A stretch of DNA of 32,000 nt from contig JAUWGH010000001.1 of assembly GCA_030606485.1 (NCBI GenBank), positions 270,001 through 302,000 on the forward strand, given 5' to 3'. The position numbers were made by a program, and so were the translations under genes. Under the pieces are notes generated by a model, which saw only the letters and a list, made by a program, of their open reading frames with translations, made no database searches and had not been told where the DNA came from. Below are positions 9,983 to 18,771 of this stretch, in pieces (position 1 is the first letter of the stretch; the number at the start of each line of letters is the position of its first letter). Origin of the DNA: Promethearchaeota archaeon (GTDB lineage Archaea; Asgardarchaeota; Lokiarchaeia; Sigyniarchaeales; SOKP01).

Positions 9983-11050
9983 GTGTTAAACATGTCTATT
10001 CTCCATCACAAGTTCGGCCAGACAACCATAGCGAAAGTGAGCGACTCCGATGAATTGAAGCAGATGCTGGTTGACCCTTGGTTCGAATCCGAGACTATCA
10101 TCATTAAACCAAACTGGGTATCAAACGAGCCGGCGAACTTCACCGACTCCGAGACCTTGAGGATGATGTTAGAGGCACTTGACTCCCACATTGTAGTCAC
10201 GGAGTCCCACATGATAGCCCGTTCACTGAACCTCCTCAAGGAGGGGATGAGATTCACAGTCGGGGATAAGGAGGTCAACTGGAAGTGGCTCCTGATGGGT
10301 GACGGTTGGAACTGGCTCATCGAGAACCCGAACTGGGACTGGTTCAAGAAAGGCGGGCACTGGGACCAGATCAAGAAGGAGGACAAAGCCTTCCTCGACA
10401 AATACGGTTTCACAGATCTCTTCAAGGAGTTCGACGTCAATTACATTAATGTGACCGATGAGGTATGGAGTGGAAGGATAGCAGATCCAACCGAAGTAAA
10501 AAGGTCAGTGGAGACCCGTTTCAAACCAGTCCAAAAAGACAAGCTCTACAGTATGGTACCGAAGAAGCTTTATGACCTGCGTGGATCTACTTTCATCAGC
10601 TTTGCCAAGCTGAAAATGTATGCCAGCTTCACTATGAAGAATCTGTTCGGAATGATACCCGATCCAGCAAGACCTTGGTGGCATGGGTCAGAGGAGTCGA
10701 GAATCGCCATGAGCATCGTCGACATCAACAAGGTCTACCACTCTCTCTTCAACGTTTACGGGATCTGTGAGGCGTTGAAGATCACGGCTGTCCCCCACCC
10801 CGAAGGTAAGTTCCCGTTGTTCCTCCCACGCATGAAATACAACATTATAGAGGCCTTGGAGGTCGTGGCCTTTGGCAGAGATCTAGTATCCCTTGACGCT
10901 ATTCTCCTTAACCTCACTGATCAATCGATATTGCAAGTTGCAGAGCTTAATCGCGCGCCGATCGACATGGCCGAGGAGGAGTTCGGCGCCTATGACAGAG
11001 AGGCCCTCAAAGAATCAAAAATGAAGGTGGGAAACTGGCTATCACCCTAG
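9983..11050 (+). CDS. DUF362-family protein, compositionally foreign (high GC)
   Basis: IIIKPNW, VVTESH, FAKLK...FTMKNLFG and LVSLDA resemble DUF362 motifs. Spot GC counts are 42% and 57% (two 60-nt lines), well above the AT-rich flanks. Start may be ATG 9992. Confidence 0.75.
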   Translation: MLNMSILHHKFGQTTIAKVSDSDELKQMLVDPWFESETIIIKPNWVSNEPANFTDSETLRMMLEALDSHIVVTESHMIARSLNLLKEGMRFTVGDKEVNWKWLLMGDGWNWLIENPNWDWFKKGGHWDQIKKEDKAFLDKYGFTDLFKEFDVNYINVTDEVWSGRIADPTEVKRSVETRFKPVQKDKLYSMVPKKLYDLRGSTFISFAKLKMYASFTMKNLFGMIPDPARPWWHGSEESRIAMSIVDINKVYHSLFNVYGICEALKITAVPHPEGKFPLFLPRMKYNIIEALEVVAFGRDLVSLDAILLNLTDQSILQVAELNRAPIDMAEEEFGAYDREALKESKMKVGNWLSP

Positions 11051-11309
11051 TCATACTGATCAAGACCTGTTGTACTTTTAATTTTATATAAAGATTTAAA
11101 TGCTTTTGTATAATCTTTTCTTGTATTAAATTTTGAATAAGTATAGGCATATAATAATTTTTAAAATATATAAAAATTGGAAGTTAGATACTCCCTTTTT
11201 TCATTTTATTGCTATCATTAAATGAAACTTTCTTCTGCATGGAATTATATTCCTTTTTTTTTCATGATTTTTTATAATTTGTAATTTAACTATCTATCTA
11301 AGTTATTTT

Positions 11310-11783
11310 TCATTCCGTCCTTTCTCTCATTAATCTTCTTTCTCGGTCCTTTATATATTTTTTAACAGGTCTAATGATCATGTAATGCCCTTGCTGATAT
11401 GTTCGATAACCGTGGAAGATTTTTCCAAGTTTAGATCCAAAATAATACCAGAAAAGGTATGATATGAGTAAAAAGAATGCAATTATTTCCATACCGGGTT
11501 GATGAGTTATTCCAAAATCAAGACCTAAAACTATAAATGAGTTCCACATAAAGTATTTCCCTTTATCAACCATAGGAATATCTACCCACGGAAGGAAGTT
11601 CAGCCAAGTCATATCAATTATTTCAAAATAAATTAAGGAGTCAATAATCCAAAAACCTAAAATAGAAATTACCGCTAAGAAAACAATCCAATCCTTATTT
11701 CTTTTCCGTAAAAATTTTCGATATAAATATGAGTTAACCCACCCAACCCAAAACATTAAAATAAGCGATGTCAGAAATCCCAT
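11310..11783 (-). CDS. Membrane protein of unknown function (about 3 TM helices, basic C-terminal tail)
   Basis: 157 aa with hydrophobic segments. Starts 2 bp after the SDR stop, so it is probably in the same operon. Confidence 0.8.
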   Translation of the reverse strand: MGFLTSLILMFWVGWVNSYLYRKFLRKRNKDWIVFLAVISILGFWIIDSLIYFEIIDMTWLNFLPWVDIPMVDKGKYFMWNSFIVLGLDFGITHQPGMEIIAFFLLISYLFWYYFGSKLGKIFHGYRTYQQGHYMIIRPVKKYIKDRERRLMRERTE

Positions 11784-11785
11784 AT

Positions 11786-12916
11786 CTATGTTTCACTCTC
11801 CAACCATCCATTTCTAATATACCAATCGATTGTATCCTTTGTAGTGCTTTTATAATCTGGAAATTTAAATTGGAAACCTAATTTTTTAATTTTTTCATTA
11901 GAAAATAGATATTGATGTTTCATATAGCCAGCCATAGATAAATCAACAGGAGGTCTCGAATTTAATTTTCGAGCTTTTTTTTCCTTTCGCTTAGCAAGCC
12001 AAAAAAGAGTACTCGACATAAATTTATAAAATGGCCACCAAATTGGAAAATTAATATAATCAACATTTAAAAGATCAGCAACATACTCAAAAAAATCTTC
12101 TTGAAAGCAAGGATCAATAATCATGTTATAAACTTCACCAATTGCTTTATCATTTTCCGCTAGAAAAGTTGCTGCACGGACTAAATCTACCACATGAATT
12201 AATGGCATAGCTAACCGCTTCTTTTTTGGATATATATGGATACCCGGACCAACACCTGATTTATTTACAATTTGGAAAATATGGAAAGTACCATAATGTT
12301 GATAGGGACCAATAATAGGCGCGGGTCGGATTATGATTGTTTTTAATTTATATTTTTCACAATATTCTTTTAAAACCTTTTCTTGTTCCATTTTGCTAAT
12401 ACTATAATTATTTGGAGGGTTATAAGGAGTTGTCTCATTGGCAGGAATTGGATAACCTATATTATCTTTTTTATATTTAGGTTCTCCATAAACCCCGCAT
12501 GTACTCCAATGTATAAATCGTAAGGTTTCTAAATCCTGTGATTTGCATATTACCTCAAGTAAATTCCTTATACCCTCAACATTAATTTTTCTTAAAATAT
12601 CTAAACTAGCAAAATAATCATATAAACTGGCCGTATGAAAAATCAAATCATATTTTTTATCTTTAAATAGAGGTTCAAGACTCTCTGGTTCGGTCAAATC
12701 TGCTGGAATGAATTCTACTCTCTCGTGTTGCAAGACTTCTTTCATATATTTTAATTTGCTGCTAAAAATCGTTTCCTTACTCATTATTTCTTTTCTCCTA
12801 GCTGATGGGAGGTCAGTTGCAATAATTTTCCAATTATTTTTTGTTTTTAATATCTCTCTTACAAGAAATGTACCTGTGTGCCCTTTTGCACCATCAATTA
12901 AAACTAATTTGCTCAT
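11786..12916 (-). CDS. Extended SDR, NAD-dependent epimerase/dehydratase (3-beta-HSD-like)
   Basis: GAKGHTG Rossmann motif, FHTAS, INVEG, WSTCGVYG, YSISK (YxxxK), IIRPAPIIGP and HVVDL. Confidence 0.9.
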   Translation of the reverse strand: MSKLVLIDGAKGHTGTFLVREILKTKNNWKIIATDLPSARRKEIMSKETIFSSKLKYMKEVLQHERVEFIPADLTEPESLEPLFKDKKYDLIFHTASLYDYFASLDILRKINVEGIRNLLEVICKSQDLETLRFIHWSTCGVYGEPKYKKDNIGYPIPANETTPYNPPNNYSISKMEQEKVLKEYCEKYKLKTIIIRPAPIIGPYQHYGTFHIFQIVNKSGVGPGIHIYPKKKRLAMPLIHVVDLVRAATFLAENDKAIGEVYNMIIDPCFQEDFFEYVADLLNVDYINFPIWWPFYKFMSSTLFWLAKRKEKKARKLNSRPPVDLSMAGYMKHQYLFSNEKIKKLGFQFKFPDYKSTTKDTIDWYIRNGWLESET

Positions 12917-12961
12917 ATTAAAAAATAGAATAAGGTTATTACGATTATATATCTCAAATTA

Positions 12962-13261
12962 TTATTTAATTAATTTTTCTAAAATAAATTTTTCATTTAT
13001 TATCTCATTATTAAATGTAATTTGAATCATTTTATTTCTATTCTGCAATCCCGATAATAAACAAACATCCATGTGCGGTATATGTAATTTTTTTTTGATT
13101 AATTTAAGCAATTCTTTATTTGCTTTACCTTTAATAGGCGGAGATTTAAGCAAAATTATTAAAGTATCATTTTCTTGGATTATTTTTTGTTCTTTAGAAT
13201 TAGGTTTTACATGTATTGAAAGATTAAATGTATTTCCACTAATTTTTTTTAAAAATGACAT
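12962..13261 (-). CDS. DUF167 / UPF0235 (YggU-like) protein
   Basis: LSIHVKPNS...LKSPPIKGKANKELLKLI...LLSG...RNK pattern. Confidence 0.88.
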   Translation of the reverse strand: MSFLKKISGNTFNLSIHVKPNSKEQKIIQENDTLIILLKSPPIKGKANKELLKLIKKKLHIPHMDVCLLSGLQNRNKMIQITFNNEIINEKFILEKLIK

Positions 13262-13270
13262 ATAAGACGT

Positions 13271-14656
13271 TTACTCCAGAAATTTATCAATATTCTCTCT
13301 TAAAATGTGAAACGAATTTGGGGAAATTTTTATTCCTCCAGCAAGTTTATGACCTCCTCCAATCCCTCCTAAATCTTTTTTAATATTTTCAATAACATAA
13401 TTTGCTCCCTTTCCCGGATATTTTTCAAGATATTTATTACTACATCGGACACTCAATTTTATCATATGATAACGTTGTTCTTCGCCTCCTAAAAGCAACA
13501 TTTTATTGGGGTCTAAAATTTCATTGACAGTTGCGAAACTGCTGGTATCTGACCAATTACTTGGGGGAATTTTTCCTTCCGCATTAATGATTATGGCTTT
13601 TTCTGACACTTCTTTTTGAATTCTTGATATGGTGCTTAAATTCCTTATTAGGTTTTTTATGTAATCATAATACATTTTCTTTGAATATAGAGTTATATTA
13701 GGGCGTTGTAGTAAATTAAATGCGGCATTTATATTATTAAAACCTAAAATATTTAATAATAATGAATGCTCAAAAACAAACTTTAGTAATCCACTTTTCT
13801 TAGGAAAAATTGCCGACTTTCCAATAATATCTGCATCAAGTGAGCCCTGTAATTTTTCAATTTCATCTGAATTAAGTTTAATTACCGGTCTATTTTCGTC
13901 AATTTTCAATTTACGTAAGATTTTTTTTGATTTCTGGAGATCTCCCTCAACTTCTTTTATAAATGGTAATATACTATATCTCAATCCTTCCTTGATTGTT
14001 TCATGCATACCTCCAAATAAAGTTAAGCCATCCAGTTCTAATAGAATACCCTCCTCAATAATCTCCTCATATACTTCTTTATTAAAAGAAGCCAATTTAT
14101 CCATAGATTTTAATGAATCTCCGGAGATTCCAAGGATTGCTAACCATCCTAATTTAATTATCGATGGTTTTATTCTTTTTGCAAACATATATGCCAATGT
14201 AGCTCCTGCTATATCACTTAATCCATCAAATCCATAAATTGTTGGATTTAAAAGAAATAGATTATCTGGGATTTCTAAATCTTCGATATTTTTATCAATT
14301 TCATGATGATCTAAAATAAAAAAATCCTCTTTTCGATCTTTAATTATTTGAATTATCTCAGAGACATTAGAACCAATATCGGTAAAAATAAAAGCCTTTT
14401 TTTTATTTCCTAGCTTAGGAAAAAACTCTTTTAAATAATTCTTCCAAGATTGCGCTAAATTAAAGATATGATATTCGAATGGAATCTGTAATTTAAATAA
14501 CAAATTCTGTATTAGAGCAGAACTACTAAATCCATCAGCATCATTATGAGATATAGAAATTACATGCTCATATTTATTATCTAAAAAATTCTCTACTAGA
14601 TATTCTAATTGAGATAAAAATTTTTTCTTATCTTTTTTAACATTCACATCAATCAT
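13271..14656 (-). CDS. DHH-family phosphoesterase (archaeal RecJ/GAN-like)
   Basis: SHNDADG, FTDIG, LDHH, GISGD, KLSVR and GGGH (DHHA1) motifs, all intact. Confidence 0.88.
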   Translation of the reverse strand: MIDVNVKKDKKKFLSQLEYLVENFLDNKYEHVISISHNDADGFSSSALIQNLLFKLQIPFEYHIFNLAQSWKNYLKEFFPKLGNKKKAFIFTDIGSNVSEIIQIIKDRKEDFFILDHHEIDKNIEDLEIPDNLFLLNPTIYGFDGLSDIAGATLAYMFAKRIKPSIIKLGWLAILGISGDSLKSMDKLASFNKEVYEEIIEEGILLELDGLTLFGGMHETIKEGLRYSILPFIKEVEGDLQKSKKILRKLKIDENRPVIKLNSDEIEKLQGSLDADIIGKSAIFPKKSGLLKFVFEHSLLLNILGFNNINAAFNLLQRPNITLYSKKMYYDYIKNLIRNLSTISRIQKEVSEKAIIINAEGKIPPSNWSDTSSFATVNEILDPNKMLLLGGEEQRYHMIKLSVRCSNKYLEKYPGKGANYVIENIKKDLGGIGGGHKLAGGIKISPNSFHILRENIDKFLE

Positions 14657-14773
14657 TCGTTAATTATCAAATACAAAAAAAAATAATAAATATTTACATA
14701 ATTTTAAAACTAATAAAATTAAAAAAATATCACACTTTATTAAGTTTATAAATTTTCAAGTTAGAGTTCAATA

Positions 14774-16426
14774 ATGTTAAATAAGTTTAATTTAAAGAAA
14801 TCTACTTTTGTCTTAGCAATATTATTCATTCTTTCTTTTTCTCTAATATTGTTTTGCGTTAATGATACTAAGGAATTTAATCATAAAGATTCAAGCAATT
14901 TTGATTATACTATTAATCCTCCAAAATTACAATTATTTGATTATAAACCAGTTTTATCAGAAAAACTGCATGATTTGGGGAATATCTCCATAATAAATAT
15001 GGATCCACACGATCAAGGATTTCTGTACCGAAATGGTGATTATGAAAGTATTAAAAATGATCTTGCCTCCGGAAATTTAATTGCAGATTTTTCTCATTTT
15101 AGTTTTAGTAACACACTAAGACCCGCTAGATTTAATAATTCAGATATAAGAGACAGATTTGAATATATCACTGTAAAATTCAATATTTATATAACTTTTT
15201 ATTATAATTCCAGTGCATCAGGACTTTTAATGTATCAAACAAATCTATATCCCACAAATTTACTGGATGTCAATCTTAATGGAACCTTACTACCTGAAGG
15301 AAATTATACCATTGATTCTGAAAACGCTTTTATTTACAATTATCGAGAACAACATATAGATAAAAATGGCACTCTGCGCTTTATTTTTACTTACGATTAT
15401 AGGTTAAACATTGAATACTGGAATATCAACCAGGATCCTAATCAAAATTTTAATATGATTAATAAAACTCAAACACAATCAGTTAATTTTACTTATGGCT
15501 TCACTATTAAAGGATTAATTAAGACTTCTCAAGGATCTATTGGACTTGCTGATAATTTAGATTTAGATTTTTTATTTTGCATTGAAGATAGTAATAAATT
15601 GTACAATTTCGAATACTTAATTGGTAACGAATCCAAAGATATAAATGCTCATAAAAACCCACAAAATTGGTTTAATGGTTCTTGTCTGGCGAATCAGACT
15701 TTAGTATTATTAAAATTTACTACAAATTTCATAATTGGGTTTAACAATGTATGTTATGATTTTTGGGCAATAGATAGGCTTATTATGTCGGATAATATTC
15801 GAGAACGTATATATTTCTTAGAAATTTTCGATGGACCTTCGGGTATTTATCTTGAAGGTATCCAATTCATTGAATCCAATGTATATTATTCTCAATTTAG
15901 GAAAATTACAACTAATTTCGAGCGTGGAGCAAGTGTTATAGACTTAAACACAACTGAAGGAGGAGGTTTATCACCAAAACCAGGTTTAAATATTACTAGC
16001 TCTTATTTCATTAAGAATGAAGTTCTTGCAGTAATTGTTGAATATCAAACTACTGAATTTTTATCTGTGGTGGTTACAGATCACATAAAAGTACCCCTAA
16101 CAGGAGTAATTTTAAGATTTTATTATTTCAATCAAACTTATGGTACATATATTTCATCTGAAAAATCTCAACCTATTCCTTATAGGATAACAGATGATGC
16201 AGGACAAGTCGTATTGTACAATGTGCCAATAGGTATTTATACTGTTGAAATTTACAATCCTCTTGGGCACTTTGAAATGAATGGAACAGCAGATACTTCG
16301 ATAGCACCCAATTATATAAATACTACAGTTATTCACTTTCCAACATGGATTATAATTTTCTCAATTATTTATTCCATTATTTTGCTCGCAGGTGTATGGA
16401 TTTATATAAAAAATAAAAATCTATAA
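14774..16426 (+). CDS. Membrane-anchored extracellular protein, probably glycosylated, with a C-terminal prealbumin/carboxypeptidase-regulatory-like beta domain
   Basis: N-terminal hydrophobic signal or anchor, many N-x-S/T sequons, TDDAGQVVLYNVPIGIYTVEI, and a C-terminal TM helix followed by KNKN. Confidence 0.75.
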   Translation: MLNKFNLKKSTFVLAILFILSFSLILFCVNDTKEFNHKDSSNFDYTINPPKLQLFDYKPVLSEKLHDLGNISIINMDPHDQGFLYRNGDYESIKNDLASGNLIADFSHFSFSNTLRPARFNNSDIRDRFEYITVKFNIYITFYYNSSASGLLMYQTNLYPTNLLDVNLNGTLLPEGNYTIDSENAFIYNYREQHIDKNGTLRFIFTYDYRLNIEYWNINQDPNQNFNMINKTQTQSVNFTYGFTIKGLIKTSQGSIGLADNLDLDFLFCIEDSNKLYNFEYLIGNESKDINAHKNPQNWFNGSCLANQTLVLLKFTTNFIIGFNNVCYDFWAIDRLIMSDNIRERIYFLEIFDGPSGIYLEGIQFIESNVYYSQFRKITTNFERGASVIDLNTTEGGGLSPKPGLNITSSYFIKNEVLAVIVEYQTTEFLSVVVTDHIKVPLTGVILRFYYFNQTYGTYISSEKSQPIPYRITDDAGQVVLYNVPIGIYTVEIYNPLGHFEMNGTADTSIAPNYINTTVIHFPTWIIIFSIIYSIILLAGVWIYIKNKNL

Positions 16427-16468
16427 TAATTATTAATGAAATGGTTATATTAAAATAAGTGATGAGAT

Positions 16469-16798
16469 ATAATAGTAATTTACATAGATGAACTTAAAGA
16501 CTTTGTGGCTTTTCTCGAAGAAAGAATTACAGATAATATTTTTTTTGAAATAAAAAAAGAAAGCCAGCAAGATGATCTTAATCGTTTAAAAAATATTGAA
16601 ATTATACTTCATTTCTTAGGTAAAATTCCTGAAAATTCCTTGGTACTGTATGAAACAAAAATTAAATTTTCTGCACAAGATATAGGAAAATCCGAGAGCC
16701 GTATAATCGAAGAGTTGCAAAAACTCCTTGATACAGCCAATTTAAATTTAAAACTAATAAAAGGAAAAATCAGAGAAATTTATATCTCTTATTCTTAG
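16469..16798 (+). CDS. Hypothetical protein
   Basis: Track ORF starts at GTG 16505. The frame is open back to ATA 16469, which follows SD-like AAGTGAT. Confidence 0.65.
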   Translation: MIVIYIDELKDFVAFLEERITDNIFFEIKKESQQDDLNRLKNIEIILHFLGKIPENSLVLYETKIKFSAQDIGKSESRIIEELQKLLDTANLNLKLIKGKIREIYISYS

Positions 16799-16812
16799 TT
16801 AGAAATTAAAAA

Positions 16813-18264
16813 TCATTTAATATATCCATAGCCAATAAGTCTAAACCGCTTTTTAATAACCCTACTGATGGATATTAATGAATCTTTTTCTGCACACAAT
16901 GGAATGGATAATTTCATAAGAATGAAATCCTTCGTAATCTTCGACACAACCCCTGCAGTTCTCATAGTACCGCATACTAATAATAAACGCTCATTATGTT
17001 TAATCTTCTCCACTTTTATTGGTTCTTCTGCCCCAATTACTTGATCCAATAAATGTACATCTAATTTAACTTCTGTTAAAATTTCCGGCAATGTACCTGG
17101 AGCTCCGCCTAAGTTTCCGATTAAAGAATCGCTCTTTGTTAGAAAAGGATCCAATTCAGTTCCAATTCCAATTAATCCACCTGGTTTTGCCTCTTCCAGT
17201 CTAATATTTCCTTGACTAAGACTTACTGCTTTAGCAAAAATAGGTTCATATCCACTTTTTCCGCGTAACCCTGGTCTCATTTCTATATCATCATCAGTTT
17301 TTACTATCCCCTGAGTAATTGAACCTCCAATTACACCACCTAATAATTTATCAAGATCTGTTCCAGGTTTATTAATATCAAAAGATCTAGCAATTAAAAA
17401 CCTAAAATCATCATTTTTATTTAATTGAGGTGTAGGTATATTTTTTTCAAAATATTCTATTATAAGTTCAATATTTGCATTAAAAACTGCAGAAACAGGA
17501 ATTATAGGAGCATTTTCTGCAATAGACCCCTTAATGAAGCTTTTAATCTCATTAAAATTCTCTATTGCTCTTTCTTCAGAGACTGAGTCTATCTTATTTT
17601 GAACTATAACAATATTTTTAATATTAGCAATTTCTAAAGCAGCTAAGTGTTCTCGAGTTTGGGGTTGAGGACAAACCTCATCTGCTGCTATTAATAATAA
17701 TGCCCCATCCATGAGTGAAGATCCGCTAAGCATTGTAGACATTAACACACTATGCCCGGGTGCATCAACAAAACTGATCTTTCTAACAAATTCGAGTTCT
17801 CCTTTACAAAAAATACATTTATATCTTTTTTCTCCCTTTTTGCGAGCCTGTTCAGTCATCCAATAAGTCATATATTTATTACAAGCAGAACATTTCAAAA
17901 TCGTTGAATTAGCATACCCTAACTTGATTGATATTCCTCTTTCTTGCTCATCTGAGAATCTATCTGTCCATTCTCCGCAGATAGCCTTAACCAACGTTGT
18001 CTTCCCGTGATCTACGTGCCCTACAAGCCCAATATTCGTCTCTGCCTGAGTGTTTCCTAATAAATCCTTAAGATTTTGAGAAATTTTCGGTTTTGCTGGT
18101 TTCTTGGGAGAAATCTTTTCCTTAGGTTTTGATTTTGCAATCGTCTTTTCTTTTATTTTTTCCTCTTGTACTTTCTCTTTTTTATCCTCTGAAGGCGCCA
18201 TTGGACATTTATGTGCGCTTAATCTTTTAAATTCTTTTCCACAATACGGACATTTTTGACTCAA
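16813..18264 (-). CDS. eif2g: Translation initiation factor 2 gamma subunit with an N-terminal extension
   Basis: NIGLVGHVDHGKTT, RGISIKLGY, SFVDAPGH, PQPQTREH, QNKID and PVSA; internal 4-Cys zinc ribbon; about 70 aa extra at the N-terminus. Confidence 0.97.
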   Translation of the reverse strand: MSQKCPYCGKEFKRLSAHKCPMAPSEDKKEKVQEEKIKEKTIAKSKPKEKISPKKPAKPKISQNLKDLLGNTQAETNIGLVGHVDHGKTTLVKAICGEWTDRFSDEQERGISIKLGYANSTILKCSACNKYMTYWMTEQARKKGEKRYKCIFCKGELEFVRKISFVDAPGHSVLMSTMLSGSSLMDGALLLIAADEVCPQPQTREHLAALEIANIKNIVIVQNKIDSVSEERAIENFNEIKSFIKGSIAENAPIIPVSAVFNANIELIIEYFEKNIPTPQLNKNDDFRFLIARSFDINKPGTDLDKLLGGVIGGSITQGIVKTDDDIEMRPGLRGKSGYEPIFAKAVSLSQGNIRLEEAKPGGLIGIGTELDPFLTKSDSLIGNLGGAPGTLPEILTEVKLDVHLLDQVIGAEEPIKVEKIKHNERLLLVCGTMRTAGVVSKITKDFILMKLSIPLCAEKDSLISISRVIKKRFRLIGYGYIK

Positions 18265-18370
18265 TTGTTAAATATAACTCCTATTTTTTAACATTTAGTA
18301 TTATAAATTGGCTCTATTTTTAATGAAGATAAAATGATACAATAAATAAGTTTTTAGAATTTTTAAAAAA

Positions 18371-18604
18371 TCATGGTTTATCTATTGTATTAAGTATTTT
18401 TAATGCACCCGCCTTCTTTTCTTTTGTTGAATAAGAAATCCGTAATTTACTATCTACATAAAAAGTTGAGGTTTTATCACATATTCCGTTTTTATGCTCA
18501 ATATATACTGGTGCAGGAAATCTTTCATTATTTATATCAGAAAGTTCAATTCGAAAAAAAATCTTAGAATTACAATGCGGACAACTACTAACTTTCAAAA
18601 CCAT
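18371..18604 (-). CDS. Small putative zinc-binding protein (CPxC...H...C)
   Basis: 77 aa with CPHC and HKNGIC; ATG start. Confidence 0.7.
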   Translation of the reverse strand: MVLKVSSCPHCNSKIFFRIELSDINNERFPAPVYIEHKNGICDKTSTFYVDSKLRISYSTKEKKAGALKILNTIDKP

Positions 18605-18771
18605 CTTTTTAACCTCTCTTAAGTATTTCTCTTTATATACATATCATTTTCATAATTTATCTAATTATTTGATAGAATAATCTAAATTTCATTCAAAATT
18701 ATTTAATATAAATATTAAATTTATTAGAATAAATTAATTTAACATTCTAAGAGAAAAATTACTTCCTTAAA

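Noticed and set aside
10006-10440. 144-aa antisense ORF inside the DUF362 gene
   Set aside because: Long shadow ORFs are expected opposite a high-GC gene, and it has no motifs.
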